NCBI GenBank assembly: GCA_951406725.2
Contig: OX597823.1
Location: forward strand, 54,932,001-54,996,000
Source of the DNA: Octopus vulgaris
Taxonomy: Eukaryota
Direction: 5' to 3'
Length of the DNA: 64,000 bases
In this document: positions 40,164 through 55,485 of the stretch, in pieces
Position numbering within the stretch: position 1 is the first letter of the stretch
Layout: every line of letters begins with the position of its first letter
Made by a program: the position numbers and the translations under genes
Notes under the pieces: generated by a model
The model's database searches: none
What the model saw: only the letters and a program-made list of their open reading frames with translations
What the model was told of the DNA's origin: nothing

Positions 40164-42794
40164 CATAATAATAATAATAATAATTATTATTATTATTATT
40201 ATCATTATTATTATTATTATTAATATTATTATTATAATGACAACAACATCAGCAACAACAACAATAACAACAGCACAACAAAACTGATCAAAACCATAGA
40301 AAAAGCTGGAATTAAGCCATTTCGACAGCCTGGACCAGACAAGACCAGTGTAACATAGATTTAACTGGTCTGGTCTCTAAAGCTGGCTCTCTTCCAATTA
40401 TTTCTAACTTTTCGGTCATTCTCTCTCATTGATTCATGAGTACACTTACGTCATTTTTATCTCTTCGTTAGTCTAATCTACCTTGTTATTCTGGTTATTC
40501 TCTCTTTCTCTCTCTCTCTATCTCTCTCTCTCTCACTCATTCTTCAAGCTTATTATGCATAATTTTGTTTCATTGGTGTATTGGTGTCAGATTTCTGTCT
40601 CATTCTGCGTAACACGCCAGCTGAATACTGAATATTCAGAAGCCTGTATACCGCTTCCTATATCTCTAGCTTCTCTTTCTCACATCATGCAACAACACTA
40701 GGTGTTTTTCAAGATTTCCCAGAGTTCATTGTAACAACTACTTCCCATACTGATGAGATAGGGTTTGTAGCAATGTTTAACCCTGGGTCAACCATAGGAT
40801 TAAGCAGAGTGATGATCAAAAGTATTCTGGCCATGATAATTCTATTTTGTTTCAAGCATAAAGTATCAAGACTACATAATTCAAGGTGTTCCCTTTTTCC
40901 AGTTGTATTTCTTCTTTTTTCTCAAAGAACAGTAATGTCTGATTTGGTTTGAACGAATGCTCATGGCCTTGTGGTTAGGTTGTTGCACTCTTGAGACTCC
41001 CTTAGGTCATGAATGACCATAGGATTGCACCTTGAAAGTTACCCTCCAAAGCACAAGCCTGGACAAGGTTCTTTATGGAAGACCAGCAATCGCTCGTGTA
41101 TACCAGCTTTTTCTCTCCATGCCATTATATGTACATAGGGTAAAGAGTAAAGACCCCCTTCAGCCATGAATGACCATGGGATTGCACCTAGAAAGTTTAT
41201 GGAAGACCAGCAGTCACCCATGCATAGCAGCCTCTCTTCTCCATACCACTGGTGTTATCCAAGGGAAAGTGAAGGCCAATACAGATTGGCACCAGTGATA
41301 TCCCAACTCATTCTTAAGCTGCATGAACTGGAGCAACATGAAATAAAGTGTCTTGCTCAAGAACACCACACAGCTTGGTCTGGGATTCAAACTCACTAAC
41401 TCATGATTGTGAGATCAACACTGTAACCACTGAGCTATGTTCCTTCACACACAACTGCAAAATTGTAAATTTGATTCCTAGGTTAGGTAGTGCATTGTGT
41501 TCATGAGCAAGACACTTCATTTCACTTCTGTCCACTCAACTGGAAATCAATAAACCTGCAATGAACAGGCATTTGGTTCAGGAAAATTGCATGATCTTAG
41601 TGCCTTAGACACAATGGAATCTGAATACCTAACCCTATGAGTCTTGGGACTTGAGACAGTACTTACTGATGTCTGTTTTGAGGGAGATTTGGTTACTAAT
41701 ATGAGCAAGGTGAGTGACTGCATAGGAGTGCAATTCAGTAGTTCAGAAATGAGGTTAGTAACTGGGAGAACTAATAGAACACTGGATTAAAAGTCTGTAA
41801 TAATATTTTGCTTTGTCTCTCTCTGGTTTGGCCTTAAAAATCATAGTGATCAGCTTGGTTGACAGCTTAAGAATTTGGGCATTTTCATCCTTATCAGGCC
41901 ATAATTTTTGGTAAACAATTCAATGCAGTATATAATGCAAAAATGTGCTGTAAACATTCAAACATCATCACTATTTTCTCAAATCCTGTTGCATTTCACA
42001 TAGAATTTTTGGTCTTCCAAAGACATCTTGGTGTATAAGCTGACCTACCTTTTTTTTTTGGTTGTAAATATTGATCTTAAGAATTTGACTTGTACGCTGG
42101 AAAGTATCCTTATCTTCATTGTCATCGTCATCATTGTTGTCATCATCAATGCATTATTAATCCTTTCTAAGTCAATGATGCATGTATCTCTTATGTACAG
42201 GAGTGAATTCAACTGATTATATCAATCTTCAACATAGCTGTCTCCTTGTCCCAAAATAAAGCAAACTTATTTTACTTTATCACCAATGGTATACCATGTA
42301 TACCCTTAAAAACAAAATATGATAATTGGGCAGTCAGGATTTGAATTCAGAATGCAGAGTTGAAACCAATACCATGAGGTGAGGTATCTCTTTCAATACA
42401 CTTAGCATTTTGCCAATCTAGCACTCTGGACTGGTACTCTATTTCTTGACCAAGAATGGATGACAAACAAATTTCACCTTGGCAGAATCTGAATTTGGAA
42501 CACAATGAGTTTCAACAAATACAGTAAGGTAGTGTCTGTCCAACTCTTTAATGAATCAGTCAATTTGAAGGTACACAAACACTGGTTTCATAGGATCCAG
42601 TGGGTCTAAGTAGAACATTGTTCAATACAAGGGTTGAACTTGGTTACAACACAAAATCCTCAAACATACAGCTATCCTTAGATTTATCTAACTATCTATC
42701 TTTCTATCAATATATACATTAATAATCTATCTATCTATCTATCTATCTGTCTGTCTGTCTGTCTATCAGTCTGTCTGTCTATTTATCTATCTAC

Positions 42795-42870
<76 letters not shown>

Positions 42871-43251
42871 ATAGATATATAGAAACATTGCCAGATAAGA
42901 CTGGAGCCTGGTGCAGCCTTCTGGCTTCCCAGATCCCCGGTCGAACCGTCCAACCCATGCTAGCATGGAGAACGGACGTTAAACGATGATGATGATGATG
43001 ATGATATATATATACATACATATGCTACATACATATGCATGTATATATGTATAGATAGATAGATAGTTATATAAGTATGTGCGCATGCACACAAACACAC
43101 TCACAATCACACACAGACACACACACACATCTGCATGTGTGATTTTTCCAATTCACAATTAATTACTCTGAACCTGGTAAATTTTAATTAGGTTACCCTC
43201 TGATTAGGGTTAGAATTAAATCAACTTGGTATTAAATTAATATATAATTTC

Positions 43252-43292
<41 letters not shown>

Positions 43293-43633
43293 TACTTTCT
43301 CTCTTTCTTGCATTTTGTCTCTGTCCCTTCTGAAGCTAAAACTACTTGTTTGTGTGTGTGTGTGTGTATGCATGCACACACACTTATATAACTATCTATG
43401 TGTGTGTATGCGTGTGTGTGTGTGTGTATGTGCGCACGTGCACGCATGCATTTGTGCTTGTATGTGTTTGTGTGTGTTTGTGAGTGTCTGTATGTTAGAA
43501 GAGAGTAGTTACTTTAATGCCCCAGAAAGATTACATCCAGCTGTGTGATCATTAACGCTAGAAGTAGAGTGGTTTGATGCTTTGAGAGACAGCCAACTGT
43601 TCAATCTCATTAATTAATATTGTTTTTGGTGTC

Positions 43634-43665
43634 TATCTATCAGTCTGTCTCTGTCTGTCTACCTG

Positions 43666-43737
<72 letters not shown>

Positions 43738-43794
43738 CCTACCTACCTACCTAACTACCTACCTACCTATCTATCTATCTATCTATCTACCTAC

Positions 43795-43862
<68 letters not shown>
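43634..43862. repeat. (TATC)n/(TACC)n tract
   Basis: Direct reading. Similar tracts occur at 42725-42870 and 54495-54615. Confidence 0.95.
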
Positions 43863-44900
43863 GTTTTTCCTTAACTGTACCTCTGTTTTTCTCTTTTCTC
43901 TTTCACACTCTCTCTTCTCATTTATGTCTCTCTCTCTCTCTCTTTCTTTCTCTTTCTCTTTCACACTCTCTTTCTCTCTCCCCTTTGCATATTTTCTCTC
44001 TCTTTACTCTCTCTCTCTGACACCCACCCCATACAACATATGCATGATTACTCATACACATGCACATACACACATAATATCAAACACCAGAAATTACTAT
44101 CAAACAATGTGATTAAGCTGGGGGTTTTTTTTTTTCATATTTATCTTTTTGCTCAGATTAAAGTAAAAAATAGGGGGCAGCCAATAGCCATAACACTTGA
44201 TAGCTTTTATTTCTATATATTATGCATCATATATATAAAAATACAAATGTTTATGAATATATTTGTATAGTAATGAATGTGTATACAGGTGTAATGCATT
44301 TTGATGTACAAACAAGAAAAAGATAATCAATACAAGCTTATATATCTGTTTGAAGATGTTGATTTATCTAGAAATATGTCACCCGAAGCCAGCACTGATT
44401 AGTGGATTAAAGTGGTTGGTATCTATAAGGAGGTGATTGTCACTACAAAAAAAAAAAATAATACTAAATCACAGCAAATACAATTCTATATTTTAAGTTA
44501 GTAGGTATAGTTATAGTTATATGTATATGCGTAACAGTGAGTAGTTTGATGTACGTATCAGCGTATACTGTCTTCTGTGTTCAATGAGTTATATTATATT
44601 TGATGATACAGTAATAGATTTATAGATATTACCAGGGTAGGGAGCTACATGGCTGTATATGTATGTATTAACAGAGCAGACTTAAATAGAGTGCAGATAT
44701 GCAGATAATTAAGGGGAGAAGGTTTGTTGTTACAAGTTCGAGAGCTGTTTCTGGAGGCTCAGAATTGCTTCATGATGTTGGCAGATGTAGTTTGTAAAAA
44801 TGTCAAGGATATGCAACCAGTAGTGGAAGCATACAAACATTAGGTAAACATTAGGCTTCCGTCTTCAAGGTGGAGAGATAGGTGTCTAACTATATATATA

Positions 44901-45228
44901 AAGGGTAAAGACCCCCTTCGGTCATGAATGACCATGGGATTGCACCTAGAAAGTTACCCTCCTAGACACAAGTCCGGGCAAGGTTGTTTATGGAAGACCA
45001 GCAGTCGCCCATGCATACCAGCCTCCCCTCTCCACGCCACCAGTGTTATCCAAGGGAAAGACAAAGGTCGATACAGCTTGGCACCAGTGACGTCGCAACT
45101 CATTTCTACAGCTGAGTGAACTGGAGCAACGTGAAATAAAGTGCCTTGCTCAAGAACACAACACGCAGCCCGGTCCGGGATTCGAGCTCACAACCTCACG
45201 ATCGTAAGCTCGACGCTCTAACCACTGA

Positions 45229-45233
<5 letters not shown>
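44901..45233 (-). mobile_element. SINE family D, full length, CpG-rich (young)
   Basis: Minus strand tggctcagtggttagagcg (A box) and gagctcgaatccc (B-box-like), in (TA)n. Older relatives lie at about 10595-10845, 41000-41450, 49190-49490 and 58265-58490. Confidence 0.88.
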
Positions 45234-45267
<34 letters not shown>

Positions 45268-46935
45268 TCCTTTCTACTAGAGGCACAAAGCCTAAAATTT
45301 GTGTGAGGGGGATAATCGATTATATACACCTCTGTAAGAATATAGCATTTCAATGGAATATTTCAGAGCCAAAAAAATAGAGAACCTAGACTGTCGTTGT
45401 TATGTATCCTTATGTTTGAATTTTTATATATTTCAATTTTTAATTAAAAATTGAAATATATGAAAATTGAAACATATAAAAATGTTTGAGTTCTCATGAA
45501 TATTAACCATATCCAAACATATCTTATAACTTGCTTATCCCTTTGCCAGCTCTAAACAATCAGGTCTATGATTATGGATGTTGTCTAAGACTTCCATTTT
45601 TATCTGTTTTTCAGCATAATGTAATTCTACTTTCTTTAGTGTGTGCTTCCTGGTAGAGTAAAATCTGAGGAAGATTTGGCTGCTATCTCTATCAAGTTGA
45701 ACAATTAACTACATAGAGGCTACTTGATAAAGCTTAAATTATTTTTTGTATATATAAAGAACTGGTAATAAAGATATGGTTTTAAGCTAAGGAAAATATG
45801 TCTTTTCTGAACAATAATATTCAAAATTTTCATAAGAAAGGACTTTTAAATTTGATAATATTTTATAGTCAGTCAATAAAAAAAAAAAAATGTTAAAGAA
45901 TGTGAATGTTAAAATTCAATTTTCAAAAAATATTTCAGAATATGATTTAAATTTCATTAAAAGAAAAATAAACATAGAAAATGGAGTTTAATCATTTTTC
46001 TTAGAGGATGGAAATTTTATTCATAGAAAATAAATGTGAGTTGGGGTAATTTTTAAAAAAATTGAAATTGAAATATTTAATGTGAATACATTAACAGTTA
46101 ATGGAAATTATTATAATACAAAATTATTGTTATTGTATTTTCTGTCATACAAGCTGAGTTTTTCAGACAAACATTTAGAGCCAAAAATGGTAAGTCAGTT
46201 TATATACCAAAGCAGTATTAGAAGATTAGAAATTCCATGCAAAATACTACAGGATTGGCAGACAATTTGATATAGTATTTAGTGTAAATGGTACATGTTT
46301 ACACAATATCCTACATTAACTTATATGTCAGAAAATGTAGTAAGTTTAATTGATATTCTTTTCTGCTCTAAGCACAAGGCCCTAAATTTTTAGGGAAGAG
46401 GCCAGTTGATTAGATCGACCCCAGTACGCAACCCCAAAAGGATGAAAGGCAAAGTCAGGCTTGGCAGAATTTGAACTCAGAACACAAAGACAGATGAAGT
46501 ACCTATTTCTTTACTACCCACAAGGAGCTAAACACAGAGGGGACAATCACGGACAGACAAACGGATTAAGTCGATTATATTGACTCCAGTGCGTAACTGG
46601 TACTTATTTAATTGACCCTGAAAGGATGAAAGGCAAAGTTGACCTTGGCGGAATTTGAACTCAGAATGTAGCGGCAGACAAAAAACCACTAGGCATTTCG
46701 TCTGGCATGCTAACGTTTCTGCCAGCTCACTGATCTACCAAATTTTACTCACAAGGAGTGGTATGTGAGGTCAATGTTATACAGTATCCTCTAAAGATGG
46801 CTATTTTCTTAATGATAATTCTATTCCTGTAGTGTTATGATATAATACAGTTGTAATTAATTCTATAATCTAATAACACATATTCAGTAACAAAGACTAA
46901 GTCAGATTGAAGACCTATATATATAGAAGGCCTAA

Positions 46936-47168
46936 AAGGCGGCGAGCTGGCAGAAACGTTAGGATACCGGATGAAATGCATAGCCCTATTTCATCTGCCA
47001 TTACGTTCTAAGTTCAAATTCCGTCGAGGTTGACTTTGCCTTTCATCCTTTTGGGGTCGATAAATGAAGTACCAGATACACACCGGAGTCGATGTAATTG
47101 ACTTAATCCATTTGTCTGTCTTTGTTTGTCCCCTCTATGTTTAGCCCCTTGTGGGCAATAAGGAATTA
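46936..47168 (+). mobile_element. SINE family B with TSD agaaggcctaa
   Basis: Full head to tail, with an 11-bp direct repeat on both sides. Confidence 0.88.
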
Positions 47169-47486
47169 AGAAGGCCTAACATTAGCATGAGGTGTATATT
47201 TTTGAGTAATAGTTGCACCAGGCTGTCCTAACAACATTATAGGTCACCTGGACAATGCAATGTACTGGACTTCTTAATTTTGTGTCAGAATCCTTTGATA
47301 AGCTATGTTCCTGATGATAGGCAAATAAAGCTATTATTGAAAACAATTTATTTATTTTCCACATTAAAACTTAGAAGTGTATTCCTGAGAAACTTGTTTA
47401 CGAATATTCTCTTGCTGATGACAGACTGCAGGAAGTTCAAAACCTTGTTAATAATACATAGATACATACATACATACATACATACA

Positions 47487-47520
<34 letters not shown>

Positions 47521-47707
47521 CATACATACATACATATACATAAGAACAGACACACACATGTATAAATATGTATATGTATGTATATATATATATATATATA
47601 TGCACATACACTCACATATGCAAACACCAAATGATTTATAAACATCTAATTATTAGAGTGGAAAAATTGTTAGAAAAACCATTCCTATTCATTTTTTCAA
47701 ATATATA

Positions 47708-47738
<31 letters not shown>

Positions 47739-47739
47739 A

Positions 47740-47777
<38 letters not shown>

Positions 47778-47866
47778 TAGATATAGATATATATATGTAT
47801 GTATGTATATATATATATGTATGTATATATATACATATAGATATATATATATACATGTATTAATGT

Positions 47867-47899
<33 letters not shown>

Positions 47900-48392
47900 C
47901 ATACATATACCTGTTCATATATTCATATATAAACATATATATATGTAAACATATACATAAACATATACACCAATACATTTATTTACACATGCACAAACAC
48001 ACACACACACGCACGCACACACAACCTGCAAGATCCAAATACATATGCTGCATACATATATTTATAACTCAACCCCACTTATATGATTCCCCACCAAATA
48101 TACAAATATGAAAAACAAACAGAAAAAAAAGATAACCAAAAAGTAAGAAAAACCATTAAAAGCAAAACGAAATGGAGAAACGAAATGCTTCGACCTCCCA
48201 CTCTACTCCACCCCCCAGCAAAAAAAGTGCTAACCTTCTAATGGAATCAGTCATGTGACTCTGGATCATTTGCCTAAGTGCTCACGTGACTAGCTCCTCA
48301 TTCACACATATCATTGTTTTTATGTTTCTCCTGAAGTATGGCTAACTAATGCAGCTAGCATATATATGTATATATATATGTATATATATGTA

Positions 48393-48437
<45 letters not shown>

Positions 48438-48458
48438 ATATATATATATATGTATAAG

Positions 48459-48490
<32 letters not shown>

Positions 48491-49078
48491 GTATATATAT
48501 ATGTATATATATATGTATGTATATATATATGTATGATATATATATATATATATATATATGAGTGTGTGTCTTGCTGAGTTAACCAACAGAATACCAATTT
48601 CAATGAGATACCATAATGCGTTCTTGTGCTCAATAGAAAAGAAGGGTTGTGGTGGTCGTAGAGGGGAAACAACAATAAAATTGAAAAAAAAAACTTGGAA
48701 ATTTTCTTTTATGCCTGTTACCCAGCTTCTACAGAACTTCCAGTTTTATTTTATTTCTGAATTTATTCGGTGAATTGCTATTCCTATTTCTATTTGGCTT
48801 CTTGGATTTTATTCCGCATTGTTCCAAGGTCTTTGTTTTTACTTTTTTGTATTTTTGTGTGTATGTGTTTTTATTTCCTTATTTCAATTTTGTTTTTGGT
48901 TCAAAAAATTCTTTTTTGTTGTTGTTATTCTTCTTGTTGCTGCAACTTTCTTGATCTTATTGTTGTTATGGTTTGAGTTTCTTTTATTGCTTATATTCCA
49001 TTATTTACTTTCTCTTTTTCTATATATGCATATATATGTATGTCTAAATGTTGCTTATATATACACACCTCTCTCTCT

Positions 49079-49158
<80 letters not shown>

Positions 49159-49795
49159 ATAGATACACACACACACATGCACATATATATGAAGGTATGT
49201 GGCTCAGTGGTTAGGGTATTCTGTTCATGATCATAAGTCATGAGTTCAATTCCCAGCAATGCATTGTATCCTTGAGCAAGACACTTTATTTCACATTGCT
49301 CCAGTCCTCTCAGCTGGTAAAAATGAGTAGTACCTGTATTTCAAAGGGCCAGCTTTGTCACATTCTGTGTCATGCTGAATCTCCCTCAGAACTACATTAA
49401 GGGCACCCATGTTTGTAGAGTGCTCAGCCACTTGCACATTAATTTCATGAGCAAGCTGTTTCATTGATTGGATCAACAGGAACCCACATAGTTCTTACTG
49501 ACAATATATGTTGCATACATATATTTGCAATGACAAATGATTGAGACCTTTGGCATGAGGCCACGCTTGTGAAGAAAATCCATCAAGCCGAATGAAATCA
49601 TAGTCATGTTAGATACAGGTGTCATGCAACTGGCAATCATTATAATCTCAAAGTGGCTGGTGTTAGAGAGGGCATCCAACCATAGAAATCATGCCAAATC
49701 AGACAGCAGTCTGGAGTAGTCTGGAGTAGTCCTGGTCAAACCATCCAACCCATGCCAACATGGACAATGGACGTCAAATGTTGTTGATGATGATG

Positions 49796-49840
<45 letters not shown>

Positions 49841-49898
49841 CATATATATATATATATTTATACATATATATATATATATATATACACATATATATATA

Positions 49899-50783
49899 CA
49901 GGGTGTGGTGAATAAACTGTCGTTTAAATTACGCAAAAATGAAAATAAACCTGGCATCTCATTTTAACAGATATATTTACCAAAATTACATAAAAATATC
50001 TTGAAATAATAAACAGTAAATTTATTCAATAAAATCGCCATTGGTTTTAACCATGGCCTCCAGACGACTTCGGAATCTCCTGCAACTCTTCTGGATGGTC
50101 TCCTTGTTTATGTTGGTGAATGCTGCCATAATCCTTGCCGTCAGTTCATCTTTGGTGTTACAAGGTATTTTGCTGGTCTCTCATTCAGTTGTGCCCCACA
50201 CATAATAACCAAGAGGGTTGCAGTCTCGGGATTTAGTTGGCCAGATGTTAGGGGTGATGTGGTCACAGAAATTGTCTGACAGCTGTGATTAGGTTATCCT
50301 GCTTGTGAGGCATGGAGCAGAGTCCTGTTGCCAGATGTAAGGTCTTCCAGTAGCCACCTTCTTGACCCAGAGCAGCACTACCTCCTCCAGGCGCTTCAAG
50401 TAGAGTGTATTCAGTGTGAGGCTGTGTGGGAAGACAAATGGAGGCATAACGTCACCATAACTAGTGATAACTCAAAACACTATGATGTTGACTGGATGTT
50501 TGATTTTTATCACTCTCAGTACATGTCCTCAGATTTCACTGTCCTCAGATTGACACCCAAACACTCTGAAATGTTCATACTGGAGCTTCCAACATGAATG
50601 CCAAGCAGTACAGCATGTCGTTTCCAAATTTCTGGCTGAGTGAATTGTGTCATGGTGCTGTTTCTCTCACAGATGGTGCTCAATTGACCCTACTATACTC
50701 TGTAGTGGATAAAATAAAAAACAAGCAATGCACATGTGCGAAATTACGAATATAAAACGGGGATAATTTACTCATTGCAGCCT
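49899..50783 (-). mobile_element. Internally deleted DD37D (maT-like) element
   Basis: Terminus ta|cagggtgtggtgaataaactgtcg. The minus strand reads WQQDSAP...IWPTKSRDCNPLGYYVWG, with 37 codons between the second and third catalytic positions. Confidence 0.88.
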
Positions 50784-50784
50784 A

Positions 50785-50832
<48 letters not shown>

Positions 50833-51161
50833 ACATATATATATATATGTGAAGGTATGCAATTTTAATTGCTCCACTCTATTCAGTTGTAAATGAGAAA
50901 CCCTGTGGTAGACTAGCTTTGTGATTAGCGTGAGTGTTGACCTGTCCACCAGCCCAGTGGGGTCTATCATCACTTGAAATCTAAAACAATGTGACAAACC
51001 ACATTAGAACTAGTGATGTGTAACGACATCTGATAGTCTCATCAATACTCCAATATGTGTGTGTGTGTGTGTGAATGTGAGTACATGGGAGTGTATGTGT
51101 GTGTTTGTGTGTGTGTATGCAAGCATGCATATCTACATATAAGTATATATACATGTGTGTG

Positions 51162-51204
<43 letters not shown>

Positions 51205-51844
51205 GTATATATATATACACACATATATATAGATGTGGACACACACACACATATATATACATGCATACACATACATATATATATACACACACATGCATAC
51301 ATATATATTTTATTTGTGTTGTTTGTCTTGTTTTCCATTTGTGTCTTTCTTTGTTTGAAAAAATAGTTCATATTCCATGTACTCATACATCATGTTTTTT
51401 TGCTGTACACATTTCATGACATCCTGTGCCCATATATCCTTGGTACTTATTCTATTGCTCTCTTTTGCTGAACTGCCATGTTATAGAGTCTGTAAGCTCA
51501 CCAACACCAGTTGTCAAGTGGTAGCGCAAACAGAAAAACACAAGCACAAATACACACACGTACACATACACACGTATTCATGATGAACTTCTCTCAGTTT
51601 CCGTCTACCAAATCCACTCATAAAGCTTTGGTGAGCCCAAGGCTATAGTAGAAGACACTTGCCCAATGTGCCATGCAATGGGAATGAAATCAGAACCATA
51701 TGGATGAGAAGCAAACTTCATACCGCAAGGCCATTCCTATACTTATATGTGCATTAAATGCATATATGTCAACTTAATAACAATATATATGTACTATCTT
51801 CAGTTCATAAACCGCATCTATGGTCATGTATGTTGGGTAATGAC

Positions 51845-52190
51845 CAAAAGCTACAACCACAAATACAAGTGGCTGAAATGGGGTACCTCTGAAGGATCTC
51901 TAATGTAACACAGGGATCAGAGAGTCTGTCTAGGTCCAGTCACTACTTCTCTGCATTGAGTTTAGACATCACAGCTTTGGTACAGCTGACATGAAATGAG
52001 AATGATACAGAAAAGTGTCACAAGCTGAGCCAACCAGCTGAAGGTCTAGGGGCAAACCAAGTGTGGGTTTCCTGAGTAATATATATCTATAAACTCAGTT
52101 GGGTCACACTTGGGAATCCAGCAGGAAAATATGACATTTGTTCCTGATAGGACCCTACAGAGGAAGGTGGGGCTTGAGCACTCTACCCCC
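51845..52190 (+). mobile_element. Highly decayed RTE-like LINE fragment
   Basis: IQVAEMGYL*RISNVT and QSLLLCIE resemble the post-RT region of RTE elements. Confidence 0.55.
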
Positions 52191-52946
52191 ATGGCTCTTT
52201 CCAAATTCTGCTACATTTCACATAGAATATTTGGTCTTCCACAGTCATCTTGGTGTATAAGTTGACTAACCTTTTCTTGGCTGTAAATTTTGGTCTGAAA
52301 TAGTTTGAAATGTATGCCAGAAAATACAGTGACTCCCAAACCTCACTACTCAGGGTTGAGTACGTATCAACTCTTACTCAGAGTCGTGTGGCTGTAAGCC
52401 TGGCTGACTACTCAATCTTAAGTACCAAAAGAGAGCAACAATCTCATGATATCTTTTATCTTTTACTTGTTTCACTCATTGGACAACAACCATGCTGGAT
52501 CACCACATTGGAGATTTTAGTCAAGCAAATCATCCCCAGTATTTAAAGCTAATTTTGCCTGGACTTATTCTACCAGTCTCTTTTTGTCAAACTGCTAAGT
52601 TATAGGGACATAAACAAACGAACACCTGTTGCCAAGTGGTGCAGTGATAAAGTGGCACATAAAAAGCACCTTCTGAATGCTGAGCCTCACAAATGATGTG
52701 CTTGAGAAGAAGACCCATCAAGCCAAGTGAAATCATAGTCATGCCAGATATCAGTGTCATACAAACTGGCACCCATGCCAGTGGAACGTAAAAGCACCCA
52801 TTACACTCTCAGAGTGGTTGGCATTAGGAAGGGCATCCAAGCATAGAAACCATGCGAAATTAAACTAGAGTCTGGTGCAGTCCCTCAGCCTACCAGCCCT
52901 GGTCAAACCGTCCAACCCATGCCAGAATTGACAACGGACATTAAAA

Positions 52947-52982
<36 letters not shown>

Positions 52983-53199
52983 ATATACACATATATATAT
53001 GATGGGCTTCTTTCAGTTTCTATCTATCAAATCCAATCATAATACTTTGGTTGGCCCAGTGCTATAGTACAAGACACTTGCCATGCAGTAGGACTGAACT
53101 CAGAACTAGATGGCCGGGAAGCAAACTTCTTGTCACACAGCTATGCTTGCACCTACTTAGGTAAAGTTCTAACATGCGTCTTTTATTCTGAAGAAATAA

Positions 53200-53375
53200 G
53201 CACAGACATGGCTATGTGGTAAGTAGTTTGCTTTCCAACCACATGGTTCCAGGTTCAATCACATTGCATGGCACCTTGGGCAAGTGTCTTCTGCTATAGC
53301 CTCAGGCTAACCAAAACCTTCTGATTGGTTTTTGTTGACAGAAACTGAAAGGAGCACACACATGTGTGTGTTTGT

Positions 53376-53465
<90 letters not shown>

Positions 53466-53690
53466 CTTTATGTCTGTGTTTGTCCCTGCCTACTGCCTAA
53501 CTATCAGTGTTGGTGTGTTTATGTCTTTGTAACTTAGCAGTTTGGCAAAAGGTACTGATAAAATATGTAACAGTCTTAAAAAGAAAAAAAAAAGTACTGG
53601 GATCGATTCATTTGACTAAAAGTTCCTCAAGATGGTGCTCCAGCATGGTCGCAGTCTAATGACTGAAACAAGCAGAATGAGATAAAAGAT
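53200..53690 (+). mobile_element. SINE family A with expanded (TG)n
   Basis: Collinear with 20419-20830. The internal (TG)n is about 80 bp. Confidence 0.85.
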
Positions 53691-54503
53691 AAATATTCTG
53701 ACATTAGGTGCATCACTCACTAAAGCACCAACCACCTTCCGCTCCCAGTGCTCTGCTTCTCCACTTCTTAATGGTTTATTTTACTTTCTTTTTCTTCTTT
53801 AGTCTCTTCTTCCATGGTTTTAAATACGGAAACATTTTTCACGCATTTTAAAGTAATCAGTGAACAAAGTTTAACCATTTTTATTCAATTATATATTCCT
53901 TGTAATATTTACTGCAGAAATTAAAGAATAAATGCAATCAACAATTTTTGTGGATTTTTTTTTTTTTTTTGCTTTTTGTTATATGGTTCATTGTTATTGT
54001 TTTTGAATAAAATATAAAAAGTAAATAAATAAATAGATAAATAAATAAATTGTGATTTTAAACAAAAATTTTTTAAAAATACATATATCTTTAGGAAAAG
54101 CTAAACAAATTTCCTTCATAGAATTTTTCTCATCAGTATTTCTTTTGGCAAAAATAAAGTGATTTTGAAAATAAAAACAAACAAATAAATGAGAAAAATA
54201 TATATATATATAAAAAGAAATCAAAATGAATATTTGTTTTTCTTTTTTTCCCAAGAAAATTTTAATTCTTTGGCAGAAAAAGTCTTTCTTTCGAGGGAGA
54301 GAAGGGTGAGTGTTGAGAAATGCGTTTATTGATGTAAGGAGTGGAAATGAGAAAGCGAGAGAGAAAGAGAGAGAGAAAAAGAGTGACAGAAAGAGAGAGA
54401 AAGGAGTGGGTAAAGAGAGAGAGAGAGAGAAGGAAAGAGGGAGAGAGTTGGAAATAGAGTAAGTTAAAGTGAGAGAATACAGAGAGATATGTGAGATAGA
54501 TAG

Positions 54504-54595
<92 letters not shown>

Positions 54596-54993
54596 ATTGA
54601 TAGATAGATAAATAGATGGACAGATAGACAGAGAGAGAGAGAGAGAAAGAAAGATAGGGAGAAAGTTGCAAGAAAAAAATTAAAGATGATTGGAAAATAT
54701 ATAATTAAAAATAGATAAATGAAAAAATTAACATTTTAATCATATCCTAGATTAGTTTTTGTTCTGTTTTCCTAAAACAGAAATGCTATATCGCAAATGG
54801 AGGATTATATGCAGTCTGTGTATTTGAATATAACATCGATGTGTAGTTAATCATGATATACAGGATTATAAATGTTACAGTATTTATATATGCTATATAA
54901 AGATGCATGCTGCATATGTCATTATAGGATATCAAAAATATTACATAAAAATAGAACATTTAAAATATTGCTTATTATAAAAACATTGTTATA

Positions 54994-55485
54994 CAGGTTG
55001 GCACAGAAGTAAGCAAACCCTAATTATTGTTAAAAGGTTACAAATAAATTACACAAAATTACAGCAAACGTTCAAACTGTAAGCCATTATTTGCAATACA
55101 GAATGGAACTTAACTGAGGAGACAACAAACTCACACACATGCAATATGTATACACATCATCATCATTGTCATCATAATCGTCATCATCATCACATCATCA
55201 TCGTCATTGCCATCCTCCTCCTCCTCATCATCACCATCACAATCACCATCATCATCACCATCATCATCATCATCATCATCAATCATCATCAGTGGTTGAA
55301 TCAGTCACTTTTTTGCACAACTTTGGTGTAATATCTTGTCATATATTTATGATGCTCTGATTCAGATTGCTGAAAGCTTTTGGTTTAGTGCTGAACATCT
55401 GATTTTTTAGTAAAACCCATTGAAAGAAGTCCAGAGGACTGAGGTCTAGGGGCCTTGCTGACCATTCCATGGGTTCAGTACCACC
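54994..55485 (-). mobile_element. Decayed Tc1/mariner (rosa/DD41D-like) 3' fragment
   Basis: Minus strand 55381-55482 reads EWSARPLDLSPLDFFQWVLLKNQMFSTKP, resembling WPARSPDLSPLDFFLWGYLK. Terminus ta|caggttggcac at 54994. Interrupted by (ATC)n. Confidence 0.65.

Noticed and set aside
40327-40385. agaccagt/actggtct hairpin as a pre-miRNA
   Set aside because: The stem is too short and interrupted to call without small-RNA data.
44348-44410. TTGAAGA...GAAGC...att agtgg hammerhead-like spacing
   Set aside because: Too many core mismatches and only wobble pairs in helix I.
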